Of a DNA stretch of 64,000 nucleotides, positions 25,691 through 37,122 are shown piece by piece (within the stretch, counting starts at the first letter, position 1; each line of letters starts with the position of its first letter). Source of the DNA: Paraspadella gotoi. Its lineage: Eukaryota; Animalia; Chaetognatha. The translations under genes and the position numbers were made by a program. Where the stretch lies: contig CM119265.1 in the NCBI GenBank assembly GCA_051294375.1, positions 23,026,099 through 23,090,098 on the forward strand. Direction: 5' to 3'. The notes under the pieces are model-generated. The model ran no database searches and was not told where the DNA came from. It worked only from the letters and a program-made list of their open reading frames with translations.

Positions 25691-27849
25691 CCATGGCAGA
25701 TAATACTACTTGTTTACTCCTATTCCGAGCAGTTGACGTCGGCGACTAACCGTCGACAGGCGCCGACCAGAGACGACGTCCGTTTGAAGGAAGGGCGAGA
25801 CGGCGAAATTGACCGATATGGTCGCAGAAGACTGAAATTTTACTTAGTTGACGATCCACGACAGAATGCGGAAAAATCACTGCCGATGGAGCAAACATGC
25901 TGGCACAACCAAAAAACTATCCGCCCTGAACTCGCCTACCCGAAAATAAAGAATCCCAAAACTAAACAAGAACAACTACAACAAGACACTGGCAGGACAA
26001 CAAGAGGAAGAGAGAAAGAAAATCGTCGCACGCGACGACGCGTTTCAAGACGAGCTCTCGTCGACGCGGAGCGACGCTGCTGATGGAAACCTTGTCTGCT
26101 CTGCTACGCGACGGCGGGCGCAGCGAAAATCGGGCCAAAAATAGGTATCCGCTGGTAATTCAAATAAAGCCTCAAGTTAGCAAGTCCGATTATAACTTAT
26201 CATCATCGTATGCGGAAAAAAAACAACGGGAACTTTCACGCCCACGTCTCCCATAATTATCGATAAATAATCTTAAACGTCCGATTATTATAATTTAGTG
26301 CAGTTTTAATTTAATCAATTAACAACAGAGCCGAAAGCCACTCCGCGCTTCGTCCGAATGAGGAGGAGGAGTGCCCGAGCGGTTGGGACTGAACTCGTGA
26401 AAGCTGTCGACGGAAGCGGACCAAGGTTGGAGCGAAGGACGGTCGCCGTCAGTGGTGGACAGGCCTGAAGGGCGCCGGCGGACGAGAGGAGAATAATAAG
26501 AAATACGGCGTCGATGACTCCGCAAAGGGAACACGAAAGAAAGCCGATCGCGATTTTCAATGTGTGGGGTGATAGGGGAGGCCGAGAAGGGCGGTGGAAA
26601 CTAGCGGCGAACTGGTGGCGGAGAAGACGGCGGACTGGCCGGGTGGCGAGCTTGCTCGGAAATGGGTAAACATTGATGGAAATTTACGATGATAATGAGG
26701 CAACGGAAAACCAGGGCAACGGGTTTGGCAGGCGGACGTTTGGACAAGCTGCAGTTGGAAACCGCGGAAGTCGACCAAAGTCCTTGAAACTCATCGATGA
26801 TATGGACAAGTGGAGATGGAGAATTGAATATATAACTACAGGACACAAGACCGAAGGCAACGCAGTAGAACGAAGGAACGGATAGGAGCGCTACGAGTGA
26901 TGAGGCGAGGCCGACAGAACGAGGACGAAACGAACGAACGAACGAACCACGAGACCGACACGAAGCCCACGACGCCACGAACGAACGAAGGAGCGAACGA
27001 ACTGAGACGATACGACACGCTGAAAAGGATTAAACGTTGTCCTTAGCCTTCTTAAATCAGGGATGGCGCCCTCCGCATCGCGCGGCCGCCGCGGTCGCAG
27101 GAACTTCCGGACGCCCTTATTTGGCTGAAGAACGCGGTCGCCGGCCCGAGTCGGGAGTATTCCTTCGAGGTGGAAGACCACGAGCGACGCCTGATGGAAC
27201 TCGACTTTTTCGCATCGAAACGAAATTTTGGCCCCGCATGCTCAGGACGAATGGCGGAGGAGATGACGCCGAGAATGTTTAGGGTGCATGACGCCGGGAC
27301 GAGCTATCCAACAGGCCGCGCCAAGGCGTCGATCGACTGGGCGGCGGACAGGTTTGTCGGATCCCATTAATCTTACTTGTAGTATTCATTGTAAACCTCC
27401 ATTTTCGAAAAATGCATTTTTGTGGCAAATTTTTGTGGCATAGGGCTCAGCTGATTAATTTTGGGGAAATTTGGGGTTTTTTGATTGTGCATTTTATATT
27501 TAATAAAAGTTACGTATCAAATAATAATAAACTATCTGGGCATGGTTCTTTTATTTTACAATCAACTAATCACCTCTATAAAAAGCCACAGCCCGGCGAT
27601 AAAAAACTACTCATCAACCCTTTAACCGCAACGAAAGATTATCCCCAGCTTTCTCCACGAATTTTGAATGTTTGAAGCAGTAAAGTTTCTAGATTCACAA
27701 CAACAATTAGATTGTTTTTCGTTTCTGTTGCTCGATACATTAAGGAACTGCTCTCTGTTTTTAGTAACAAAGGCAGTACCATAAAAGATTCCGCGCTCTA
27801 ACTCTAGTTAACAGTACATCATATGGAATCCCGAGATAGAGATCGGATA

Positions 27850-28080
27850 ACTGCTCGACCATTGCAATCTGTATTCTTCCCTTCCCGGTCCCTACGGCCG
27901 TGTTCCAGGTGTGCCGCGGATGGCTCCCCCTGGCGCGTGGCCAAGTGAAGGAGGCGATCTATTTTCCCCGACGGGCAGGACGTCGACGCTAGGCCGTTCT
28001 CCGCGGCTGGCCATCTTTCCTGGTATTGTCGAGAATGTTCCTTCAGACTTCCCGAGTTTGCATCTTACTGCGACTGGAAC
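27850..28080 (+). CDS. Small Cys-rich segment with RanBP2-like zinc-ribbon spacing
   Basis: 28021-28080 reads WYCRECSFRLPEFASYCDWN (W-x-C-x2-C-x10-C; the conserved Asn and last Cys are missing). An upstream C.HC...CSRC is present across a frameshift. Confidence 0.3.
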
Positions 28081-28619
28081 TGGAATCGGTCAACGATGAC
28101 GGCGTCCCGTCACGCTCTTTTTTTTTTTTTTTTTTTTTTGTTGCCCGTTCCCCGTCCCATATTTTTTTTTTTAATTTTTGTTTTGTACGATGCATGACAA
28201 AATTACAGAAACTGCTGAATACAAGTAGTAACCAAGTCCTGCTGCTATCTTTTTTTTTTAAATTAAGAAGAATTGAGACCTCATAGTAAGTTATTATGAC
28301 ATAATAATTATAACCCTGATGAAAGACAACTTTGATATTTATTGGTTGTCATATTGTTATTAAAATGTTTTTTGGATAAGGGCTCGGAGAAACCACAGGG
28401 CGTCCTCAAGTAATTTTTTAGAAACAAAAGTCACATGCTTAAGCTTTTTGAAAAATTTAAAAGTCTCATAAATTTGAGAATTTAAAAATCTGTAATCATA
28501 ATTACTTAAAATTTCAAAAATCTGGTATTATTATTATTATTATTTATAATTATTATCATTATTATTATCATTATTATATTCATTAATATTTTATTGTTGT
28601 TGTTGTTTTGTGTCGCTTT

Positions 28620-29570
28620 CCCAGTATCAAAGTTGCAGATTGGGTTCAGATTGGGCTCAGCCAGATTTTAATAGTTTTGATTACCGCACACCCTTTTCTC
28701 TGTTTTTTTTTTTTTTAATTCTTTCCTGTTCTTTTTACTTTAACATTAAAGTATATTGAGTGGAAATAGATTTAATAGTCCCTGAAAAAGATTAATAGGT
28801 TCAATTGCGCGTATTGATAAATATAACGTTTAAGAAAAATATAGAAACGTAAAAACCTGTAAAACTAGTAAAGAAATATCACTAAGGCAATTACAAAAAT
28901 ACAAATTGACGATAAAATATTTGGCTGGTTGAGTGAGTGGTATATGCATCAGTAATGACAATATTCTGTATCTTTTCTCCCTCTTGCGAGTTTCTCTGAA
29001 AATTCTAATTGTTTTTAAAAAAAACGGCCGTTTTGAATAATAGTTACGATAATCATTTTAAATTATGCGACAAGGCTCACTAAATGCTAACAAAATGTTT
29101 TGTTTATATGCATTCGAATTCATGGTGTCGAACAAGCCCTGAATAGCACTTATTAATGTGCATAATGGATAATCAAGTAGCAAAAGAAATGTGTTAACCC
29201 TCTACCAATGTCATTCTGACTTTCATTATATTCTGAAAAAAGTTCAACTCCTGGATAGTGGATACTGGGATACTGGAAAGTGATTAGTCTATTGATCCAC
29301 TACGTCATAAGTCACTTGCAATACCTGATTGTCAGCAATATATTGTTGAAAAGTTAGCCCTCCAATGACTGTTTCTTGTTGGTTCCTACTTATGTCCGTT
29401 TCCTCTCAGGACGCCTCTTTTGGCACATAGAATTAAACACCTTAAAAGGGTCATTGGCATTTGATTTCATTTTGACATAGCCTAGATGAATAAATCCCAA
29501 GGTCAAAGCCTAGCGGAAGGAAATTAGGAGTTTTATTAAATTAGAAAGACCAACCACCAGCATGTCATTA
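28620..29570 (+). mobile_element. Degenerate Helitron-type Pif1 (SF1B) helicase, C-terminal half
   Basis: NKSQGQSL at 29489-29512, followed by KLGVLL in a shifted frame. Upstream remnants in canonical order: ADW..QIG (about 28635-55), IDDKIF..Y.S (about 28905-50), LK.G..I.LR.N..LC..TRL (about 29010-80). Confidence 0.65.
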
Positions 29571-30344
29571 GTTAAAAAACTGTTGAAGGAGAAGAGAAAT
29601 GATAGTTTAAAGATGCATCTCATTGCTATCTATTTTCAACTTGCTGGATGCTGTTTTTCCATGTGGGAAATTTTTTTTAAAAGTTTAACTACTACTTGGC
29701 CAATAACGCGGTAATTTTATTTTAAGATTGCTTTAATTAAATAATATTTAGGTTTACATCGAAGCTGAATTAGAATATTTGATATAATAGAATATGTTAA
29801 AATCCAAAACAATATAATTACATTAGGTAGCTTATAGCTAAATAAACTGCATAAGCCTGTAAGCCTGTAAAGATTATTCATAGCTCTTCAATTCACATAT
29901 GAGATGAGCTGAAGAGGGTTTAAAATGAAATCTCTTGAAAATCTAGGTCGATGATTATGAGTGATATATTTCTAAGGAAATTGTGCCTCGAAAGGGGGCC
30001 TAGTTGCAGGGAATCACTTAGAAAGGGAACTGGTGCCAATAGGAGGAGCGATCCTCGGGAACATAAATGTTATTGACGTGAAGACAAACTCGATATTTAA
30101 ATGTAAGATATGTGATGATTAAGTACGGTAAAAAAAACTATTATCGTATATTGTTGGAACGGGAACAAGTATATAATACGAAGCATATTTTAGAAACAGT
30201 AATACTCGCTCTATAACTCTATAAAATTTTCAAAAAAATTTTTTAACATTCTATTAACAAGGTCTCTGATTCTCATAAAAACAGTTCTAGATCGAAAATA
30301 ATAAGATGTATCGTTATAAATTCAATGGTCGTTATTTTCTCTAG

Positions 30345-33300
30345 TGTCGGCTCGTATTTCCCACACGCTCCTTTTCCCTTTCTCTTCTCTTTCTTACTTC
30401 TCTTCTTCTTCCTTCTCAAAAGGACCTATCCTCATCCTTTACCTATTTCCTCTCCTTCATCTACTATTTATCTATCTTTTTTCTCTATTTCTCTCTTGGC
30501 TCTCTTTGACTTTCATCTCTTTTTCCTATTTTTCTCTTCCCGCTTCTATTCTTTTTTAACTTTACTCTTCCCCCAACAAACTTAACCCCTTTAAAATTAA
30601 CTTCAAAGACACTCGACCTCCGGACCGGTGGCGTTATAAATTCTCTAATTTTTTATACTTCCGAGGTAGTCAGCCGACCATACTATTATTAGTGATGAAG
30701 ACGTGGTTCATTTCGTGTTGCGCTAATACTTCTAATACCTAAAAATGGGATCAGGTCTCTAATGTAAAACATATTTAGCATAACTAAGGCTTGTTTTTCA
30801 CCGTTTTTCAGTCGAAGTCGGTTAAAGTTCGTGGGTTCCATTATGTTATAAGATTATAAAACAAATAATATGATTTTTGATAGAAGAATTTATTGTTTTA
30901 TAAAAATTATTATTATAAGAAAAAATTCCTGCATTATATGATACTGTTATAAAATTTTTGTGGGAGAAAGGAGAGCGGGCATATTATTACACCTAACAAA
31001 AAGCCAGGCCAATAAAAAGCAGTGTTCCAGTGCCTCAAATCTTCATCCACTATACCACCCTTCTGCCTATTCACTATACTATGATTTTGTCTTTCCAAAC
31101 ATAATATAATATTAAACCTGGAAACAACACCTAATAAACATTGTAATCCACCCCTACCGGGACAGCCTTTACTTCCACCCTGAACGGAAGTACGGCACTG
31201 CATGTCCCGTCTCTCTATAAGCGTATCAATCTATCGCAAGCACTGCTCGGCGGTGTCGGTCCATCATGGCAGGGCAGATCGCTGGTAATGGCGGCGGAGT
31301 GGGGGTAAAGTGACATAGCTCCGGTCGATAAGGGAGATCGGTCCGTCAATTGCCGTGTACATTCCGTCTCTTATTTGTCCACTGTGTTAGTGTAATACTT
31401 CTTTCATTTAGACAACTTTTACCTTTAGTGGTTTCTATTCGCCAGTTCACTCATATCTCTTCACACGGATCAGCGAGATGTACTATCACGTGGTGTGAAA
31501 CGCCTCCCCATCAAAGGCCCTGATGTTTGTGCATCCATCCCTCCTCCATATGCCGCCAATGGCAACTTGCGTCATGGTATTTAGGCATCCGTTCATCTAT
31601 GCCTCTTATTCCGTTAGCGAGATCATGTCCACACGTTCTATCGCCTACGATCATGGTTCTGATATGCAGGACGTTGGAGTATCGCCTATAAATTGACAGA
31701 GGCGTTCTGTGGCGGGACCTTACCTTCGGTGGAGAAGCTCATTGCATCGGTAGCGTCGTAGAGCACACAAGGACTGCGTTGCTACTCTCGTCTAGATGGT
31801 CCTGCTTATAACTTGAACCCTCCTGGTTTCTTCCCGTACCTACATACCCATGCTATTACGATATCATCTCTTTCACTCTCATGCATATCGACGCCTCTTT
31901 CGAGATCATCTCCTCTACATCTGACCTCTATGCCGCTCCGCTAACCCTCCTCACACACCTCCAATCACTCCTAGCACCCTTGTCAAACTCACTTGATGCG
32001 ACACCTCACCTCTCACCTCCTCACTCTATCACCCTTTCACCTCTCACCTATTCACAATCTTCATTCATATCACAACTGCTCATCTAATGGTATCACCTCT
32101 GCCTCCCCCGAATTCGGTCATTTCTCACTCTCTCGCTATTGATGTATTTCTTCATCTGATGTCGCGGACATCAATAGTGGACATGCGCACGACTGACAGA
32201 GCGTGACGCACTGACCAACAGGATTACCAATATCCCCGATAAATGCTTCATCGCATGACGCTAATGAACGACCTCGACAAACAATCATGTACCTCTCGAC
32301 CTGACATTGACAAACTCTGGAACTCAACAGACGAGACGTCTCGTGCTGATTTATGAGTTGACGCCGACAAAGTTTTCTGTGACATTTGCCGACTGCAAAC
32401 ATCTTATATTTGTATTGAAGTCTTGCGATGATTCGATCGACGCGATAGAGATGAGACGGTAGACAGAGAGATAGAGATGATCTCTGACGATCCGCAATAG
32501 CAGTTATGATACGTAGACGCGGCGATGAGAGATTGTGGCGAAGACCGGCGATAGGAGTCGACGAGCGCCTCTTGTAGATAGTGAGCAATATTGACGAAGA
32601 AGCGGGCCGAGTTAGAGATGGACGACGGGCGATAGAGATGACGTGAAGCGGCGATAAGAGACTGACGACGCTACCGGCCGATAGAGATGCGCAAGACGCG
32701 CTGATAGAGGATGTGACGATCGGGCGATAGAGATGTACGAAGTACTCGGCAAGATAGAGATGACGGACGACGGCGATAGAATGACGAAGACGGCGATAGA
32801 GATTGAACGACGGCGATAGACGAATGGCGAAGACGGCGGATTGAGATGACGACGACGGCGATAGAGATGCGAAGACGGCCGATAGAGGTATGACTGACGA
32901 CGCGATAGGAGATAACGAATGTACGGCGATAGAGAATGACGAGCTGACGGCTGATAGAGATGACGAAGACGGCTGATTAGAGATTGACGACGACGGCGAT
33001 TAGAGATAATTGAAGACGGCGATAGGAGTATGACGACTGACGCGATAGAGATGACGAAGCGGCGATAGAGATGACGACGGACGGCCGCGATAGAGAGCAA
33101 GATGACAAAGGACGAGCCTTGATAAGAGATGACGACATGTGCTGTGATAGAGTGCACGAAGAACGCGCGTATAGATAGATGACGACGACGGCCTGATAGA
33201 GATGCACGAAGCCGGTCGGCTAGAGGAAGATGACGCGACGGCTAAACGAGCTAGAGATAAGTGTGAGAAGACGACTGTATGAGATGCGACGACCTGTAGC

Positions 33301-34745
33301 GCAGTATAGAGGATGACGAAAGAGACGGGCGATTAGACGCTCGCGCACGGACTGCTGATAGAGATGACGACGGGCGATAGATGATGACGAAACGGCTGCA
33401 TAGATGATGACGACGACAGGCGATAAGAGATGGCTTCGACGACGATAGAATGACGACGACTCGGCGCGATAGAGATGACGAAGGAGGCCGATAGAGATGA
33501 CGACGACGACGATAGAGTGACAAAGACGGCGATTAGGAGATGACGACGTCAGATAGAGTATTGACGAAGACGGCGATTTTATGATGATTGACGGACGGAC
33601 GGTCGATAGAATGCACGAAACGGCTCGAGTAGAGTATGAGACGATCGACGGCGATAGAGGATGACGAAAGGACGGTCGATAGACGATGACGACGACTGGC
33701 GATAAGAAGTATGACAATAAGACGCGATAGACGTATAGATTGCAGACTGGCGATTAGAGATGACGAAAGTACGGCGAATAGACGATGACTGACGACGGCG
33801 GATAGAGACTGACTTTCGACTCGTATCGATAGAGATGACGACTGACGCAGATAGAGAGATGACGCTGACGGTCGATAGAGATGACGAGACGGCGATAGAG
33901 ATGACGACGAACGGTCGATTTAGGAGATGACGAAGACGGCGATTAGAGATGAACGGACGACCGTGCCGATAGAGATGACGACGACGGCGATTAGAGATGA
34001 CCAACGACGGCGATAGAGATGACANNNNNNNNNNNNNNNNNNNNNNNNNGTCGTCATCTCTATCGTCGTCGTCGACTTCATTCAATAAATTCTGACTCAA
34101 ACGTCAAAAACTGTTGTCCATTGCCACGTCGTTGTTGTTGTTGTCGTCGTCGTCTTTGTTGTCGTCTTCTTAGTCGTCTTTATTGGCGTTATCTTGGTCG
34201 TCGTCGTCGTCGTCGTCGTCCTTTGATTCCGAAAATGATGAAGAATAAAGCGAAATGGAATGACGATTGGCGGAGGCAGAGGTGATACATAGATGAGATG
34301 TGATATATGAGATGTGATAGGTGAGAGGTGATAGGTGATAAGTGAGAGGTGAGAGGTGAGTGTCGCTAGTGAGTTGACAAGGTGTAGGAGTTGAGCGATG
34401 TAAGGGTGAGTCTCGAGGCTGAAAGAGAAAAAATGAATCCAAAAATGGGTGAGGTCGAAGTGTGAAGGGTGAAGTGGAGGCGTCACTGGAAAGTGAAAAA
34501 AACGGTCGAGGGTGAGTGCTGAGTTAATTAAGGGTAAGTTTGTTGGGGGAGAGAAAAGTTAAAGAAAAGAGCGAAAGAGAAAAGAGAAAAGAGAGAAAGT
34601 CAAAAGAGAGCAAGAGAGAAATAGAGAAAAAAGAAATAAAATAGTAGAGAAGGAGAAGGAAAAGGAAAAGGATGAGAAGGAGAAGGAAGAAGAAGAGAAG
34701 AAGAAAGAGAAGAGAAAGGAAAAGGAGCGTTGGGAAAAGCGACAA
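30345..34745. repeat. Inverted duplication around the 25-N gap (30345-30630 vs 34500-34745; about 31940-32125 vs 34250-34400)
   Basis: Reverse-complement matches read directly. The left copy is rich in insertions. Confidence 0.8.
32440..34075 (+). repeat. Error-rich 18-21-bp satellite (GACGAC)GACGGCGATAGAGAT, dozens of copies, switching orientation across the gap
   Basis: GGCGATAGAGATGACG recurs throughout. 34050-34075 is its reverse complement. Confidence 0.9.
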
Positions 34746-34795
34746 AGAAATCCCAAGTTTGTTTGGATTTTTCGCATAAGAATCTCAGATGTCGG

Positions 34796-34847
<52 letters not shown>

Positions 34848-35029
34848 GCTCTCCCTCTCTCTCTTTGAAAAGCATGAAAAGGGATTTGATTACCCGACGA
34901 CGATTTTTCGATGTCGCGTCACTTACGCAGATTTCGTCAAAACTCGTCGAGAGACGAACTCACTCGCACTTACCCCAATTCTATTTTTGCCCTCACCCAA
35001 ATCCCTCGACTTAACCCAGAAGTCCAAGA

Positions 35030-35111
35030 GCAGTTGTGGCCGAGTGGTTAAGGCGACTGACTAGAAATCAGTTACGATCTTCGTGCACAGGTTCGAATCC
35101 TGTCAACTGCG
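35030..35111 (+). tRNA. tRNA-Ser (anticodon AGA), 82 nt, second copy
   Basis: Same cloverleaf as 17527-17608, with AGA at 35063-65 and variable arm ACGA-TCT-TCGT. Confidence 0.97.
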
Positions 35112-35118
35112 TTTTTTT
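35112..35118 (+). terminator. RNA polymerase III oligo-T terminator
   Basis: T7 immediately 3' of the tRNA gene. Confidence 0.85.
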
Positions 35119-35329
35119 CCTATTTCGCCCCTTTCACTTGATGTTTAATTACTATGTTTATTTAACAATATCTGAAAAACTAAAAAAATTTTATTAACAC
35201 TACCTGCTATTCTCTCTGTCTCTGCTCTCTTCGGTCTGCTTTCTCTTACATCGTCTCTACTTCGCCTCCTCCTCGCGTACTGCTCCTCGCTCTCTCTCTC
35301 TCTCTCCTCTCTCTCTCTATCTCTTCTCT

Positions 35330-35365
<36 letters not shown>

Positions 35366-36749
35366 CTCCTTTTTATCCCTTCCTCCTTTTTCTCCCCAAT
35401 CCTCCACCCTCACAATGCAGTGACTCTTCATTCACAGGGATTGATTATTCACTCCTGACGACCTCGACTCGATTTTCCTTAACACCAGCACTCCTCATCT
35501 TCTTCTTCCTCCTTCCTTCTCTTCCTCTTCTTCCTCATTCGTCTTTTGCCCGATTGGTCGACCTCGTCGTCGCCTTGGAGTCACAAGCTGGCAAAAGTCC
35601 GNNNNNNNNNNNNNNNNNNNNNNNNNNNNNNNNNNNNNNNNNNNNNNNNNNNNNNNNNNNNNNNNNNNNNNNNNNNNNNNNNNNNNNNNNNNNNNNNNNN
35701 NNNNNNNNNNNNNNNNNNNNNNNNNNNNNNNNNNNNNNNNNNNNNNNNNNNNNNNNNNNNNNNNNCTCTCTTTCTGTCACTATATATTTTTTTGTCTGTC
35801 TGTCTGTCTTACTTGATGCCTCTTTCTCTCATGCTTCTATCTTTTTCCCTTCACTTATCTTTCAATAATTAGGTTCCCCATACTTTACTACTTTTAATCC
35901 TATAAAGCTTCCCGAACGTGCAGCCACACAAAATCTATTTAACAAAACCAAGCATTAAGAGACGCAGATATATATACAAACGCAGGGCTCGCTCGGAAAT
36001 GACTGTCTATTTCTGACCTCAAACGCGACCCCTTGTGGCGAAAGTCTCGGCTCAACCCCGAGCGCCCTCTATTTTTTTTCCCACGAATCTCATCGGACAG
36101 AATCCNNNNNNNNNNNNNNNNNNNNNNNNNNNNNNNNNNNNNNNNNNNNNNNNNNNNNNNNNNNNNNNNNNNNNNNNNNNNNNNNNNNNNNNNNNNNNNN
36201 NNNNNNNNNNNNNNNNNNNNNNNNNNNNNNNNNNNNNNNNNNNNNNNNNNNNNNNNNNNNNNNNNNNNNNNNNNNNNNNNNNNNNNNNNNNNNNNNNNNN
36301 NNNNNNNNNNNNNNNNNNNNNNNNNNNNNNNNNNNNNNNNNNNNNNNNNNNNNNNNNNNNNNNNNNNNNNNNNNNNNNNNNNNNNNNNNNNNNNNNNNNN
36401 NNNNNNNNNNNNNNNNNNNNNNNNNNNNNNNNNNNNNNNNNNNNNNNNNNNNNNNNNNNNNNNNNNNNNNNNNNNNNNNNNNNNNNNNNNNNNNNNNNNN
36501 NNNNNNNNNNNNNNNNNNNNNNNNNNNNNNNTGTCAATTTTAAACAAATAGTACCATGTCTCCCAAACAATTAGTAAAAATGAAGAATGAGAAGTTTGAG
36601 AACAGCTCAACTCGACTCATAATTTCTTTCTTATTCATATCCGAAACTCGCTCGTTAATTTAGTTCGAATTTACCCTTTGACCCTTGACCTGATTTAAGC
36701 CTCTTCATTTTCTAAATTAACCCTTCTACATTCCATCCGTTTAACCGCA

Positions 36750-37122
36750 TCTCCACACTCGCACCCACATTTTCATGCTGCTCCACACTCGCACCCACAC
36801 TTTCATGCTGCTCCACACTCACACCCACACTTTCATGCTTCTCCACACNNNNNNNNNNNNNNNNNNNNNNNNNNNNNNNNNNNNNNNNNNNNNNNNNNNN
36901 NNNNNNNNNNNNNNNNNNNNNNNNNNNNNNNNNNNNNNNNNNNNNNNNNNNNNNNNNNNNNNNNNNNNNNNNNNNNNNNNNNNNNNNTACCCACATTTTC
37001 ATGCTTCTCCACACTCACACCCACATTTTCATGCTTCTCCACACTCATACCCACATTTTCAAGCTTCTCCACATTCACATCCACACTTTCATGCTTCTTC
37101 ACACTGACACCCACACTTTCAT
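36750..37122. repeat. 30-bp minisatellite (CCACACTCACACCCACACTTTCATGCTTCT) spanning an N run
   Basis: At least 3 units lie left of the gap and at least 4 lie right of it. The minus strand translates to VEKHE(S/N)VGVS repeats. Confidence 0.9.

Noticed and set aside
26560-26600. MCGVIG class II glutamine amidotransferase start
   Set aside because: Only six residues match, with no downstream family motifs.
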